A stretch of DNA of 32,000 nt from positions 813,465 to 845,464 of the forward strand of contig CP006915.1 of assembly GCA_000503915.1 (NCBI GenBank), read 5' to 3'. Below are positions 24,663-31,966 of this stretch, piece by piece. Below the pieces are notes generated by a model. The model saw nothing but the letters and a program-made list of their open reading frames with translations, searched no databases and was not told where the DNA came from. The number at the start of each line of letters is the position of its first letter. The stretch's first letter is position 1. Origin of the DNA: Candidatus Saccharimonadota bacterium (GTDB lineage: Bacteria > Patescibacteriota > Saccharimonadia > Saccharimonadales > Saccharimonadaceae). Made by a program: the position numbers and the translations under genes.

Positions 24663-24782
24663 CAGGGTCTCACCCTTAACAGATCAAATAAGGCCGGCTT
24701 CTATTTTTGAAGAAACCAGGAGTCATAAATCATACATACTAATTAAAAAACCGAGGGGCAAGCCTCGATGTCTTAATTGGTG
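24663..24782. repeat. Right copy of the ~120-bp direct repeat. Its last 5 nt are the 3' end of tRNA-Gly(GCC).
   Basis: See 18792-18910. Confidence 0.85.
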
Positions 24783-24853
24783 CGGGTTAGGAGACTCTAA
24801 CTCCTGGCCTCTTCCATGGCAAGGAAGCGCTCTAACAACTGAGCTAAACCCGC
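24778..24853 (-). tRNA. tRNA-Gly (anticodon GCC), CCA encoded.
   Basis: The reverse complement is GCGGGTTTAGCTCAGTTGTTAGAGCGCTTCCTTGCCATGGAAGAGGCCAGGAGTTAGAGTCTCCTAACCCGCACCA. All four stems pair perfectly. The D-loop is AGTTGTTA and the T-loop is TTAGAGT. Confidence 0.9.
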
Positions 24854-24900
24854 ATATGTGATCAGTGATATATTAGTCACTGGATGAAATGTACAAACAT

Positions 24901-24977
24901 GAGCTTTCTTGGCCTGGCAACTCTTCACTCTAACAGCTGACCTGCCCGCCGGGCGTGACAGGCGGGGCTAAACCCGC
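24901..24977 (-). pseudogene. Degenerate tRNA-Gly(GCC)-like copy carrying the hairpin module in its D-loop.
   Basis: The minus-strand read is GCGGGTTTAG, then CCCCGCCTGTCACGCCCGGCGGGCAGG, then TCAGCTGTTAGAG TGAAGAGTTGCCA GGCCAAGAAAGCTC. It is collinear with tRNA-Gly(GCC), but the anticodon stem is unpaired and the T-arm and 3' end are missing. Confidence 0.5.
24941..24967 (-). repeat. GC-rich hairpin module, copy 2 (variant core).
   Basis: The minus-strand read CCCCGCCTGTC-ACGCCCGGC-GGGCAGG shares both termini with the copies at 1068 and 26154. Confidence 0.6.
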
Positions 24978-25037
24978 ATGTTGTTTTCAAGGAGTAATTA
25001 TAGATGAACAGAGCGTTAATTTCAACATTACTCATAG

Positions 25038-25068
25038 AAAAACACCGACGCTCTGGTTCGGTGTTTTT
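25038..25068 (-). terminator. Intrinsic terminator after tRNA-Phe.
   Basis: AAAAACACCGA-N9-TCGGTGTTTTT lies directly downstream of the tRNA 3' end on the minus strand. Confidence 0.6.
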
Positions 25069-25070
25069 CC

Positions 25071-25146
25071 TGGTGGCTCCTACTGGACTTGAACCAGTGA
25101 CACAAGGCTCTTCAGGCCTCTGCTCTACCAACTGAGCTAAAGAGCC
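25071..25146 (-). tRNA. tRNA-Phe (anticodon GAA), CCA encoded.
   Basis: The reverse complement is GGCTCTTTAGCTCAGTTGGTAGAGCAGAGGCCTGAAGAGCCTTGTGTCACTGGTTCAAGTCCAGTAGGAGCCACCA, a canonical cloverleaf. Confidence 0.9.
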
Positions 25147-25349
25147 TCGTCGGCGTTCACTATCAACCTCAACTTTTAAACTAGTTTAAAAGTTTCGATT
25201 TCCCGTTACGCCTCCTCTCAATTTTTCAAACAGTCGCTTTGCTCCTTGGTTTAAAAAATTGGGGTGCCGCAACACGGAACGAGAACACTCATCATTGTAG
25301 CTAAACTAGGGTAAAATCACAAGTCAAACCTTGCTACAATGAACTTAAC

Positions 25350-25394
25350 GCGGGTATCGTATAACGGCCACCCGGGTGACCTTCCCCCGCCTGT
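25350..25394 (+). other. 5' part of a split tRNA-like unit (acceptor strand GCGGGTA plus a D-arm-like segment), ending in the left half of the hairpin module.
   Basis: GCGGGTATCGTATAACGGCCACCCGGGTGACCTTCCCCCGCCTGT. The first 18 nt parallel the 5' end of tRNA-Gly(CCC). GCGGGTA is exactly complementary to TACCCGC at 26189-26195. A TACAAT box ends 9 nt upstream. Confidence 0.5.
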
Positions 25395-25396
25395 AC

Positions 25397-25470
25397 GCGA
25401 GATTAGTATAGTGGCAGTACGCTTGCTTCCCAAGCAAGAGGCGCCAGTTCGATTCTGGTATCTCGCACCA
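25397..25470 (+). tRNA. tRNA-Gly (anticodon CCC), CCA encoded.
   Basis: GCGAGATTAGTATAGTGGCAGTACGCTTGCTTCCCAAGCAAGAGGCGCCAGTTCGATTCTGGTATCTCGCACCA folds as a cloverleaf with anticodon loop TTCCCAA. Confidence 0.9.
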
Positions 25471-25521
25471 AGCATAAGCATTATGATCTCTGTTAATTCA
25501 GAGGTTTTTAAATTATTTGCA

Positions 25522-25550
25522 TTGACAAATATACTATTTTAAGTTAAAAT
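25522..25550 (+). promoter_or_regulatory. Promoter (TTGACA, 17-nt spacer, TAAAAT) for the winged-helix gene.
   Basis: Hexamers read directly. A strong AAAGGAGGTGA ribosome-binding site follows. Confidence 0.55.
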
Positions 25551-25591
25551 ATGATAACTTCACCTATCTCTATTTGAAAGGAGGTGAAGAG

Positions 25592-25996
25592 ATGGAGATG
25601 ACCCAGTCAATCAAGCTGGTCGGAAAGCCCGAAGACGTCATCCGAGATGCAACACTGCTGCAAGAGTTCTTGGAGGGTCTGGAGACTGCCGCGGGCGAGA
25701 TCCCCGATGTCGGCAATCACCAAGAGTGGCCGACATACGTCGATGGGCTTCTGGAGTTCCAGGGCGCTAGCGTGACTGTTTCCGAGAAGCTCGGACGTAC
25801 GCTGTCGATCCTCCTGTATGCTCATGGCTCACTGGTCACGCGCAAGACACTCCAAGACATCGTTGTCGAAGAAGGCAAGAAGCCCAACGAGGCACTAGTG
25901 CGGATATCACGTCTGCGCGCACTGCTGTCGAAGGACATGCCTAGACTCGAGATCGAGTCAGTGGGTACCGGCTACAGGCTCAAGATCGTCGACTGA
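25592..25996 (+). CDS. Stand-alone OmpR/PhoB-type winged-helix DNA-binding protein (no receiver domain).
   Basis: The C-terminus LVTRKTLQDIV...EALVRISRLRALLSKD...IESVGTGYRLKIVD matches the Trans_reg_C pattern. The start was moved to the ATG at 25592, because the track TTG at 25574 includes the ribosome-binding site. It is about 55% GC in a counted 60-nt sample, against about 18% in the upstream spacer. Confidence 0.7.
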   Translation: MEMTQSIKLVGKPEDVIRDATLLQEFLEGLETAAGEIPDVGNHQEWPTYVDGLLEFQGASVTVSEKLGRTLSILLYAHGSLVTRKTLQDIVVEEGKKPNEALVRISRLRALLSKDMPRLEIESVGTGYRLKIVD

Positions 25997-26141
25997 CAAT
26001 CAGTTCCTCCATCCCATCACCCTCATGAAAGGAATGCACCCTCTGGGAGCCCCTCAAATGAGGGTGCTTCCATATCTGACAAAGTTCTAAGTGTGTCGGT
26101 GAGGGGGCACCAAAATACGAGACGGGAGGCAAGGTTGAGAC

Positions 26142-26199
26142 AGGAGTTCGACTCCCCGCCTGTCTGTTCGACAGAACGGGCAGGTCCTTACCCGCACCA
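26142..26199 (+). other. 3' part of the split tRNA-like unit: T-arm-like AGGAGTTCGACTCC, hairpin module, then TCCTTACCCGC-A-CCA.
   Basis: The 3' end parallels tRNA-Gly(GCC) (..CTCCTAACCCGCACCA). It contains module copy 3 at 26154-26184 (CCCCGCCTGTCTGTTCGACAGAACGGGCAGG). Confidence 0.5.
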
Positions 26200-26248
26200 T
26201 TACCGATAAGAATCGGGTAATTCACACCCGCTACCGTGGAAACCAGAT

Positions 26249-26626
26249 CTATTTCCGCAAAGCTCCTAGTAAAGGGATGCTAAGAAACACCATTATTGCT
26301 ACGTCCACGAGGACGTTTATATAAACCCCGTAGATTATAGAAATAATCGCCTCAAACACGAGCCATGCACCAATACCAAGCAACAGTATCTTCGTAAGCT
26401 CATGATCCTTCTTCTGAATCGCACGACGGCCTACTAGAAGCAGCAAAATGCTAAACCCAATGAAACTGGCGCCATAAAGTCCCTGACTCCACTTTTTAAA
26501 GAATGCCTCTGGTACAATTTTTTGGTAAATGGGTAAGCCCTCCAGTCCAAATACTGCATAAAAAATCCCAAATACGATACCGATAAGTCCGGCGATAGTT
26601 ATCCATAGAAGATACTTCTGTTTCAC
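26249..26626 (-). CDS. Integral membrane protein (4 TM), hypothetical.
   Basis: 125 aa with four hydrophobic helices. Confidence 0.6.
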   Translation of the reverse strand: MKQKYLLWITIAGLIGIVFGIFYAVFGLEGLPIYQKIVPEAFFKKWSQGLYGASFIGFSILLLLVGRRAIQKKDHELTKILLLGIGAWLVFEAIISIIYGVYINVLVDVAIMVFLSIPLLGALRK

Positions 26627-26689
26627 TCATAGTATTATAGTGCAAAGCTAGATGAAAGCGATACTCTATACACAGGTTCTCTCCGTATA

Positions 26690-27712
26690 TCACTCGAGTG
26701 CAAGCTGAATAATTGTATCGATCAGCGATGCGTACGAGATGCCTTCAGCTTGCCACAATTTTGGATATTGGCTGATGTTGGTAAAGCCGGGCAGCGTATT
26801 AAATTCATTAAGATACACACCCGACTCATCCGCAAAGAAATCGACGCGCGCTAGGCCTCGGCAGCCAAGAAGCGCATATGACTTATGCGCGATCTGCTGA
26901 ATCTCTCGGCGCAGCTCGTCAGGAATATCGGCTTTCGTGACAACTTGCGCCTTACTATCGGTAGCATATTTGTCTTCGTAGCTATAAAATTCCTCACCAG
27001 GGATAATCTCGCCGACGCCACTTTCGCGGTGCGTTGGCGGATTGCCTAGCACCGCTACCTCCAGCTCGCGCCCTGTAATTGCCTGCTCGATCAATACCAC
27101 TGAGCTGTGCTTTGAAGCTTTCTCGATAGCGGGGATCAGCTCGTCTTTCCTGTGCACTTTACTGACGCCGATCGAGCTGCCGGCTACCGTTGGTTTTACA
27201 AACAGCTGCTCACCGAGCCGCGATGCTAACGCTTCGTACTCCGGCATTTCATCGCCCACATGATAGACGTGGTAAGGTACTACCGGGATGTCATTTTGCG
27301 CCAGCAGTTGCTTAGTATAGAGCTTGTCCCAACAAACCGCGCTAGCGCCGAGACCTGACCCAACCGCTGGGATATGCGTCAGATTAGCAAGACCTTGCAC
27401 GGCACCATCTTCGTGGCCATTCTCACCATGTAGTACCGGGAAAAGTACGTCGATATGAATTGGCCTATTACCGGGAACGGTCAGAAATGCACTGCTCCCC
27501 GGTACCGGCGCAAGCTGCACCCCACCGTGAAGCTGTAGATTCGTTGGCCAGCTCTCAAGGAACCACCATTTACCTGCTCGATCGATATAACAGAGGTGGA
27601 CATCGTATTTTCTGTCATCCATCGCCGCATAGACATTGCTAGCGCTCATCACAGAAACATCGTGTTCAGACGATTCACCGCCAAAAAGGAGTAAAATGCT
27701 TGGTCGGCTCAT
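26690..27712 (-). CDS. ddl: D-alanine--D-alanine ligase.
   Basis: MSRPSILLLFGGESSEHDVS...EFNTLPGFTNISQYPKLW. The start was moved to the ATG at 27712, which has a TGcTATAAT box 10 nt upstream. Confidence 0.9.
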   Translation of the reverse strand: MSRPSILLLFGGESSEHDVSVMSASNVYAAMDDRKYDVHLCYIDRAGKWWFLESWPTNLQLHGGVQLAPVPGSSAFLTVPGNRPIHIDVLFPVLHGENGHEDGAVQGLANLTHIPAVGSGLGASAVCWDKLYTKQLLAQNDIPVVPYHVYHVGDEMPEYEALASRLGEQLFVKPTVAGSSIGVSKVHRKDELIPAIEKASKHSSVVLIEQAITGRELEVAVLGNPPTHRESGVGEIIPGEEFYSYEDKYATDSKAQVVTKADIPDELRREIQQIAHKSYALLGCRGLARVDFFADESGVYLNEFNTLPGFTNISQYPKLWQAEGISYASLIDTIIQLALE

Positions 27713-27818
27713 AATGCTACCTATTATAGCACCAGGAAACAAGCAAAGAACGATCGAGATCGTTTTCCGAGTGGCGACGTATTACATTAGTACGAAAGTT
27801 CTAATATATACTATAGTC

Positions 27819-28988
27819 ATGGACTCATCGTCACGAATACCGCTCGCTGAACAAATGCGCCCCATAACGCTCGACGAAGTTGTCGGCCAGACGCATCTGC
27901 TTGGTGATGCCGAAATCTTGAAGCAGATCATTAAAAACAAACAGCCAGTCAACTTGATCTTGTGGGGTCCGCCTGGTACCGGTAAAACGACACTTGCCCG
28001 TATTATTGCACGCGAAGTTGAAGCCGAGTTCATTGAACTTTCAGCCGTGACTAGCGGCAAAAAAGATATTGAACGGATCATCGAGCATGCGCGGCAAAAC
28101 TGGAATTTACAGCTACGCACCATCCTATTCGTCGACGAGATCCACCGTTTCAACAAGGCGCAACAAGACGCATTCCTGCCTCACGTTGAGTCAGGACTTA
28201 TCACGTTGATCGGCGCGACAACTGAAAATCCGAGCTTTGAGATCATCAACCCGCTGCTCAGCCGTAGTCGTGTACTCGTACTGCAGCCGCTCACCAAGGA
28301 AGAAATTATCAATATTGTAAAGCATGCGCTGACAAAACTAAAAGCCCAGAAGCGCGTCAATAAAGCAGCCCTTGATTACCTAGCAGAGCTTTCCGGCGGT
28401 GACGCGCGCGTAGCACTTGGTAATCTGGAGCTGGCACTGAGCTTCGGCGAGAAAGTCACGCCCGATGTCGTCAAAGCCGCCGCACAGAAAAAAGTACCCG
28501 GCTACGATAAAAAAGGCGACATGCACTACGATGTGATCTCGGCATTTATCAAAAGCATACGCGGCAGCGATGTAGAAGCGACGTTATACTACTTGTCACG
28601 AATGATCGATGCCGGTGAGGATCCGAAATTCATCGCCCGACGCATGGTCATCTTTGCATCAGAAGATATTGGTCTAGCGGGAAATGGCGCGTTAGCTTTG
28701 GCAGTTGCCACCTTCCAGGCAGTTGAGCGTGTCGGTTTACCCGAAGCAAATTACAACCTCTACCACTGCGCGATTGCTTTGGCTCGCAGTGAGAAATCAC
28801 GCGAAGTTACTGATCTGATGCATGACGCCAAGGCACTGGCTAAACGATTCCCCGACTCACCCGTTCCGCTTCATATCCGCAACGCACCGACTAAACTCAT
28901 GAAAGACCTTGGCTATAATGAAGGCTATGAATGGAAGGCAGACTTCAAGCATACAAAAGGCTTTTTGCCCGAGGATATTTCTTCTTAA
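27819..28988 (+). CDS. rarA: Replication-associated recombination protein A (AAA+ ATPase).
   Basis: [51 protein letters not shown]. The start was moved to the ATG at 27819; the upstream part of the track ORF is antisense to ddl. Confidence 0.9.
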   Translation: MDSSSRIPLAEQMRPITLDEVVGQTHLLGDAEILKQIIKNKQPVNLILWGPPGTGKTTLARIIAREVEAEFIELSAVTSGKKDIERIIEHARQNWNLQLRTILFVDEIHRFNKAQQDAFLPHVESGLITLIGATTENPSFEIINPLLSRSRVLVLQPLTKEEIINIVKHALTKLKAQKRVNKAALDYLAELSGGDARVALGNLELALSFGEKVTPDVVKAAAQKKVPGYDKKGDMHYDVISAFIKSIRGSDVEATLYYLSRMIDAGEDPKFIARRMVIFASEDIGLAGNGALALAVATFQAVERVGLPEANYNLYHCAIALARSEKSREVTDLMHDAKALAKRFPDSPVPLHIRNAPTKLMKDLGYNEGYEWKADFKHTKGFLPEDISS

Positions 28989-29518
28989 TCTTTTTCAAAT
29001 ATTCCAACAGTATAGTCGGCTTCTGTTGACCAATTTCTGCTCGGACATTGAAAGCCGGGTTCATGCTCATATGGTCGCCCGCTTGTTTCAAAATCAGTGA
29101 TCTGGAATACAGCAAACTTTCCTTTTGAAGCGTCACATCCCGCCGACCCGGCGGCATATACATAGTAACGATAGTGCATTGTACTGTTGTTTACGGGGTC
29201 AACTGGCATCTTGTCCATCAACCCGCTCGTCATTAGTGGCTTCATAAAGTCACCACTCGCTTCTAGGGCACTCGATTCCCAGCCGCCTTCACTTTGACCC
29301 GATTCATAGACGGGCTCAAAGAAAGAACCGTTCTGCTGCAAATAAATCTCCAACGCATCTTCGATAACTTTTGCATCATTGAGCCGCCGTGTATCACGAG
29401 ATCGTTCTTGTATCCCGTTATAAGAAACAGTGGTTATTGCAGCGAGGATCGCAATCACTACAATAACCAGTATCAGTTCAATGATCGTGAAGCCATAGCT
29501 TAGTTTTGTCTTATTCAT
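28985..29518 (-). CDS. Type IV pilin-like protein.
   Basis: MNKTKLSYGFTIIELILVIVVIAILAAI is a prepilin N-terminal methylation motif. Confidence 0.8.
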   Translation of the reverse strand: MNKTKLSYGFTIIELILVIVVIAILAAITTVSYNGIQERSRDTRRLNDAKVIEDALEIYLQQNGSFFEPVYESGQSEGGWESSALEASGDFMKPLMTSGLMDKMPVDPVNNSTMHYRYYVYAAGSAGCDASKGKFAVFQITDFETSGRPYEHEPGFQCPSRNWSTEADYTVGIFEKD

Positions 29519-29565
29519 GGTTTTTACCTATTAGGAAATAGCGCTTACGGTTAGTATAGCATAGG

Positions 29566-31155
29566 CTAGCGCTCGTTGAGCAAAGCCGCAAGTACCCCAT
29601 TCGTCCAACCGAAGCCATCCTGCAGCGGATACTCGCCGCCGCCGCCAAGTCCATGACCGCCTTCGACATTATATTTCTCAACCAGCTTATGACGAGTGGT
29701 ATAAACCTTCAAATTGACCGTGATCCAACGGTGCTTAATCTCGTTTGCCAGATCATGATAACCATAATTACGGAGTCCTTCAATCGCCACCCACTGCAAC
29801 GGCGCCCAGCCATTTGGGGCATCCCACTGCTGGCCACTTTCAACCAGCGTCGTCACGAGGCCACCGGTTTTAAGGAAATCTTTCCGAAGCCGAGCCGCCA
29901 CTTTATCGGCCTGATGTTTAGTAGCAATGCGCGCATAAAGTGGAAACACTCCGGCGAGACTTAACTGGCCAGTCGGCTGTTCGTGATGAAAATTGTAGTC
30001 GACAAAGAAGCCAGCCGTCTCATCCCAACAGTAGGTTTGGATTGCTCCCGCACGCTGGTCGGCTAGTTTCTGGAATTTGCGCGCCAGCAGTGGGTTTTTA
30101 ATCAGACGGTAGCTTTCGGCAATCGTTAGCTCGAGTTGATAGAGCAGACAATTCAGATCGATTGGTACGATATCCGCCGTATGGATGGAGGTGATGTCCT
30201 GTGGATCCGTAAACCAGCGTGAGCTAAAATCCCAGCCCGACTCGGCGGCCGCGCGCAAGTGGAGATACAGACGATCGGCTTCGCGACCGTGACTTCCCTT
30301 TACGGTTTCAATATCCTCTTTGAGCGACTCGGGTCGCGGACTCATCTTGTTGTCGTAGTAACGGTTCACATACATACCGCCAGGTAACTCGACGAGACGG
30401 GCGTAAGCCTTGTGCTCTTGCTTGATTAATTTTGTCCGGCCTTTCATCCAAAAGCGATACTCGGCTAACATGTAGGGTAGATACTCAGCATATGTACGCC
30501 GCCGGCCATTCTGCGAGGCGAGCAGCCGCACCATATGTGAAAAAAACGGTGGCTGCGAACGGCTCAAAAAATAGGTGCGGTTGGCGGTCGGGATAAAGCC
30601 GAACTTGCGGATCATAAAAGCAAAGTTTTTTACCATACCTTCTACCCTGTGCCAGCGGTCGTCCGCAGCGAGACCGAGCATAATAAAGTATGAGTCCCAG
30701 TAAAATTGTTCCGAGAAGCGTCCGCCCGGTACGATATAAGTATACGGTAAAGCGACTAGTGAGCCCCGGTTGAGACGGTTGCGCCGTTTCAGAGCATGCC
30801 AAAGCAGATTGATGTGCTCGGTAACTGTACGATTTGGATCAAACGAGAATGTATCGTCGTCCTTATGCGGTGCAAATTCATAAAAATGCCGCGAGACGAA
30901 TTCACGTAAATCAAAATTCGGGTCATCCTTGGATAATAGATACTCTTGCTGAATTGATTTCATGCGGGTACGCGGCACAAGATCAACAAAGGTCTTACCG
31001 TCGTCATAGACACGGTTTTCCTGCACCGCCGTAAATAGCTCGCCAAGCGCCTCATCGGGGCTTTTACGGGTACGTACCAAGTTACCCGTGGCGGTTACCA
31101 AGGCTGACTTGAGTTTTTCATCACGCGGCAATTTAAACGGAATTCGTCTGACCAT
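29566..31155 (-). CDS. treA: Alpha,alpha-trehalase (GH37).
   Basis: The GH37 signatures PGGRFSEQFYWDSYF and QQWDAPNGWAPLQW. Confidence 0.9.
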   Translation of the reverse strand: MVRRIPFKLPRDEKLKSALVTATGNLVRTRKSPDEALGELFTAVQENRVYDDGKTFVDLVPRTRMKSIQQEYLLSKDDPNFDLREFVSRHFYEFAPHKDDDTFSFDPNRTVTEHINLLWHALKRRNRLNRGSLVALPYTYIVPGGRFSEQFYWDSYFIMLGLAADDRWHRVEGMVKNFAFMIRKFGFIPTANRTYFLSRSQPPFFSHMVRLLASQNGRRRTYAEYLPYMLAEYRFWMKGRTKLIKQEHKAYARLVELPGGMYVNRYYDNKMSPRPESLKEDIETVKGSHGREADRLYLHLRAAAESGWDFSSRWFTDPQDITSIHTADIVPIDLNCLLYQLELTIAESYRLIKNPLLARKFQKLADQRAGAIQTYCWDETAGFFVDYNFHHEQPTGQLSLAGVFPLYARIATKHQADKVAARLRKDFLKTGGLVTTLVESGQQWDAPNGWAPLQWVAIEGLRNYGYHDLANEIKHRWITVNLKVYTTRHKLVEKYNVEGGHGLGGGGEYPLQDGFGWTNGVLAALLNER

Positions 31156-31201
31156 ACTACTCTAGTATAGTGGTTACGCTTGCCGGCGGCAATCGGTTCT
31201 C

Positions 31202-31966
31202 TTAACCTATCAAAGAATGGGTGACGTGCTCGGCATAATACACGAAAATGATACCAAATATGAGAATCGCTGTCTGACGCGCAGCCACCGTACGCTGGCG
31301 TTCGGCATGGATCGTCGGGATAACATCACTGGCGGCAATATAGATAAAGAAGCCGGCAGTGACGGCCAAGATGAGATTCTCCGGGATATGAATCGTCCCG
31401 CCAAAGCCGTAGATCGCTACTGCGCCGATAACGGTAGCGAAGGCACTGATGATATTGACCAGGAGTACTTTTCGTTTGGCCATACCTTTGGAGAGCATGA
31501 GGCTAAAGTCACCGATCTCCTGTGGAATTTCATGCGCCGCGATAGCAATTGTCGTAATGATACCGGCAGCCGGGTCTACCAAGAATGCCGCTCCGATCGC
31601 CAATCCATCGATAAAATTATGCACTGTATCTCCGATAATAATCAGGCTGGATGTACGCCGATGCACACCAGAAGCAACTGGCTCATCGTGATGGTGATGA
31701 AACCAACTGAGACTTCGCTCCAACACGAAAAACCCTACCAAGCCAATTAGGGTGGCAGTGAGCGTTGTCTCAGCACTGCCCTGCTCAACCGCCTCAGGTA
31801 GTAGGTCAAGAAAAGCCGCGGCGAGCAGTGCTCCGGCCGCAAACGGTACAGCCAAGCGCTGTAGTTTATCTGCTGTCTTGCCGCCATAGATTAAATAGAG
31901 GCCACCCGTCAACGAGACCAGACTGCCTGCCGTGGCGGCAATAAATAAGAGAAGCCATGTGTTCAT
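31202..31966 (-). CDS. ZIP-family divalent metal transporter (ZupT-like).
   Basis: HNFIDGLAIGAAF and HEIPQEIGDF motifs, 8 TM, His-rich loop (HHHHDE). Confidence 0.9.
   Translation of the reverse strand: MNTWLLLFIAATAGSLVSLTGGLYLIYGGKTADKLQRLAVPFAAGALLAAAFLDLLPEAVEQGSAETTLTATLIGLVGFFVLERSLSWFHHHHDEPVASGVHRRTSSLIIIGDTVHNFIDGLAIGAAFLVDPAAGIITTIAIAAHEIPQEIGDFSLMLSKGMAKRKVLLVNIISAFATVIGAVAIYGFGGTIHIPENLILAVTAGFFIYIAASDVIPTIHAERQRTVAARQTAILIFGIIFVYYAEHVTHSLIG

Larger units (their letters stand above)
18792..24782. mobile_element. AT-rich genomic island bounded by about 120-bp direct repeats, adjacent to tRNA-Gly(GCC). No integrase is visible.
   Basis: Direct repeats at 18792-18910 and 24663-24782. 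The interior restriction-modification genes are about 35% GC in a hand-counted 60-nt sample, against about 52% in a flanking MMPL sample. The cargo is a restriction-modification system plus a nested cassette. Confidence 0.55.
25395..26153 (+). mobile_element. 759-bp insertion bounded by the 10-bp direct repeat CCCCGCCTGT. It carries tRNA-Gly(CCC) and a winged-helix gene and has no recombinase.
   Basis: The direct repeats lie at 25385-25394 and 26154-26163. The uninterrupted homologue at 1055-1099 shows the flanks are contiguous elsewhere. Confidence 0.45.

Noticed and set aside
25339-25542. The 67-aa plus-strand ORF, and the 68-aa minus-strand ORF at 24925..25131.
   Set aside because: Both overlap tRNA genes and tRNA-like fragments and are not credible coding sequence.
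25574-25591. The TTG start of the track ORF for the winged-helix gene.
   Set aside because: The TTG-initiated codons spell the AAAGGAGGTGA ribosome-binding site itself. The ATG at 25592 is correctly spaced from that site.
25980-26225. The 81-aa minus-strand ORF.
   Set aside because: It covers the hairpin-rich 3' region of the insertion and the tRNA-like 3' fragment. It has no ribosome-binding site and is probably non-coding.
27636-27818. The N-terminal 61 codons of track ORF 27636..28988 (the long form of rarA).
   Set aside because: This part is antisense to the 5' end of ddl. The conserved RarA N-terminus ([17 protein letters not shown]) begins right after the ATG at 27819.
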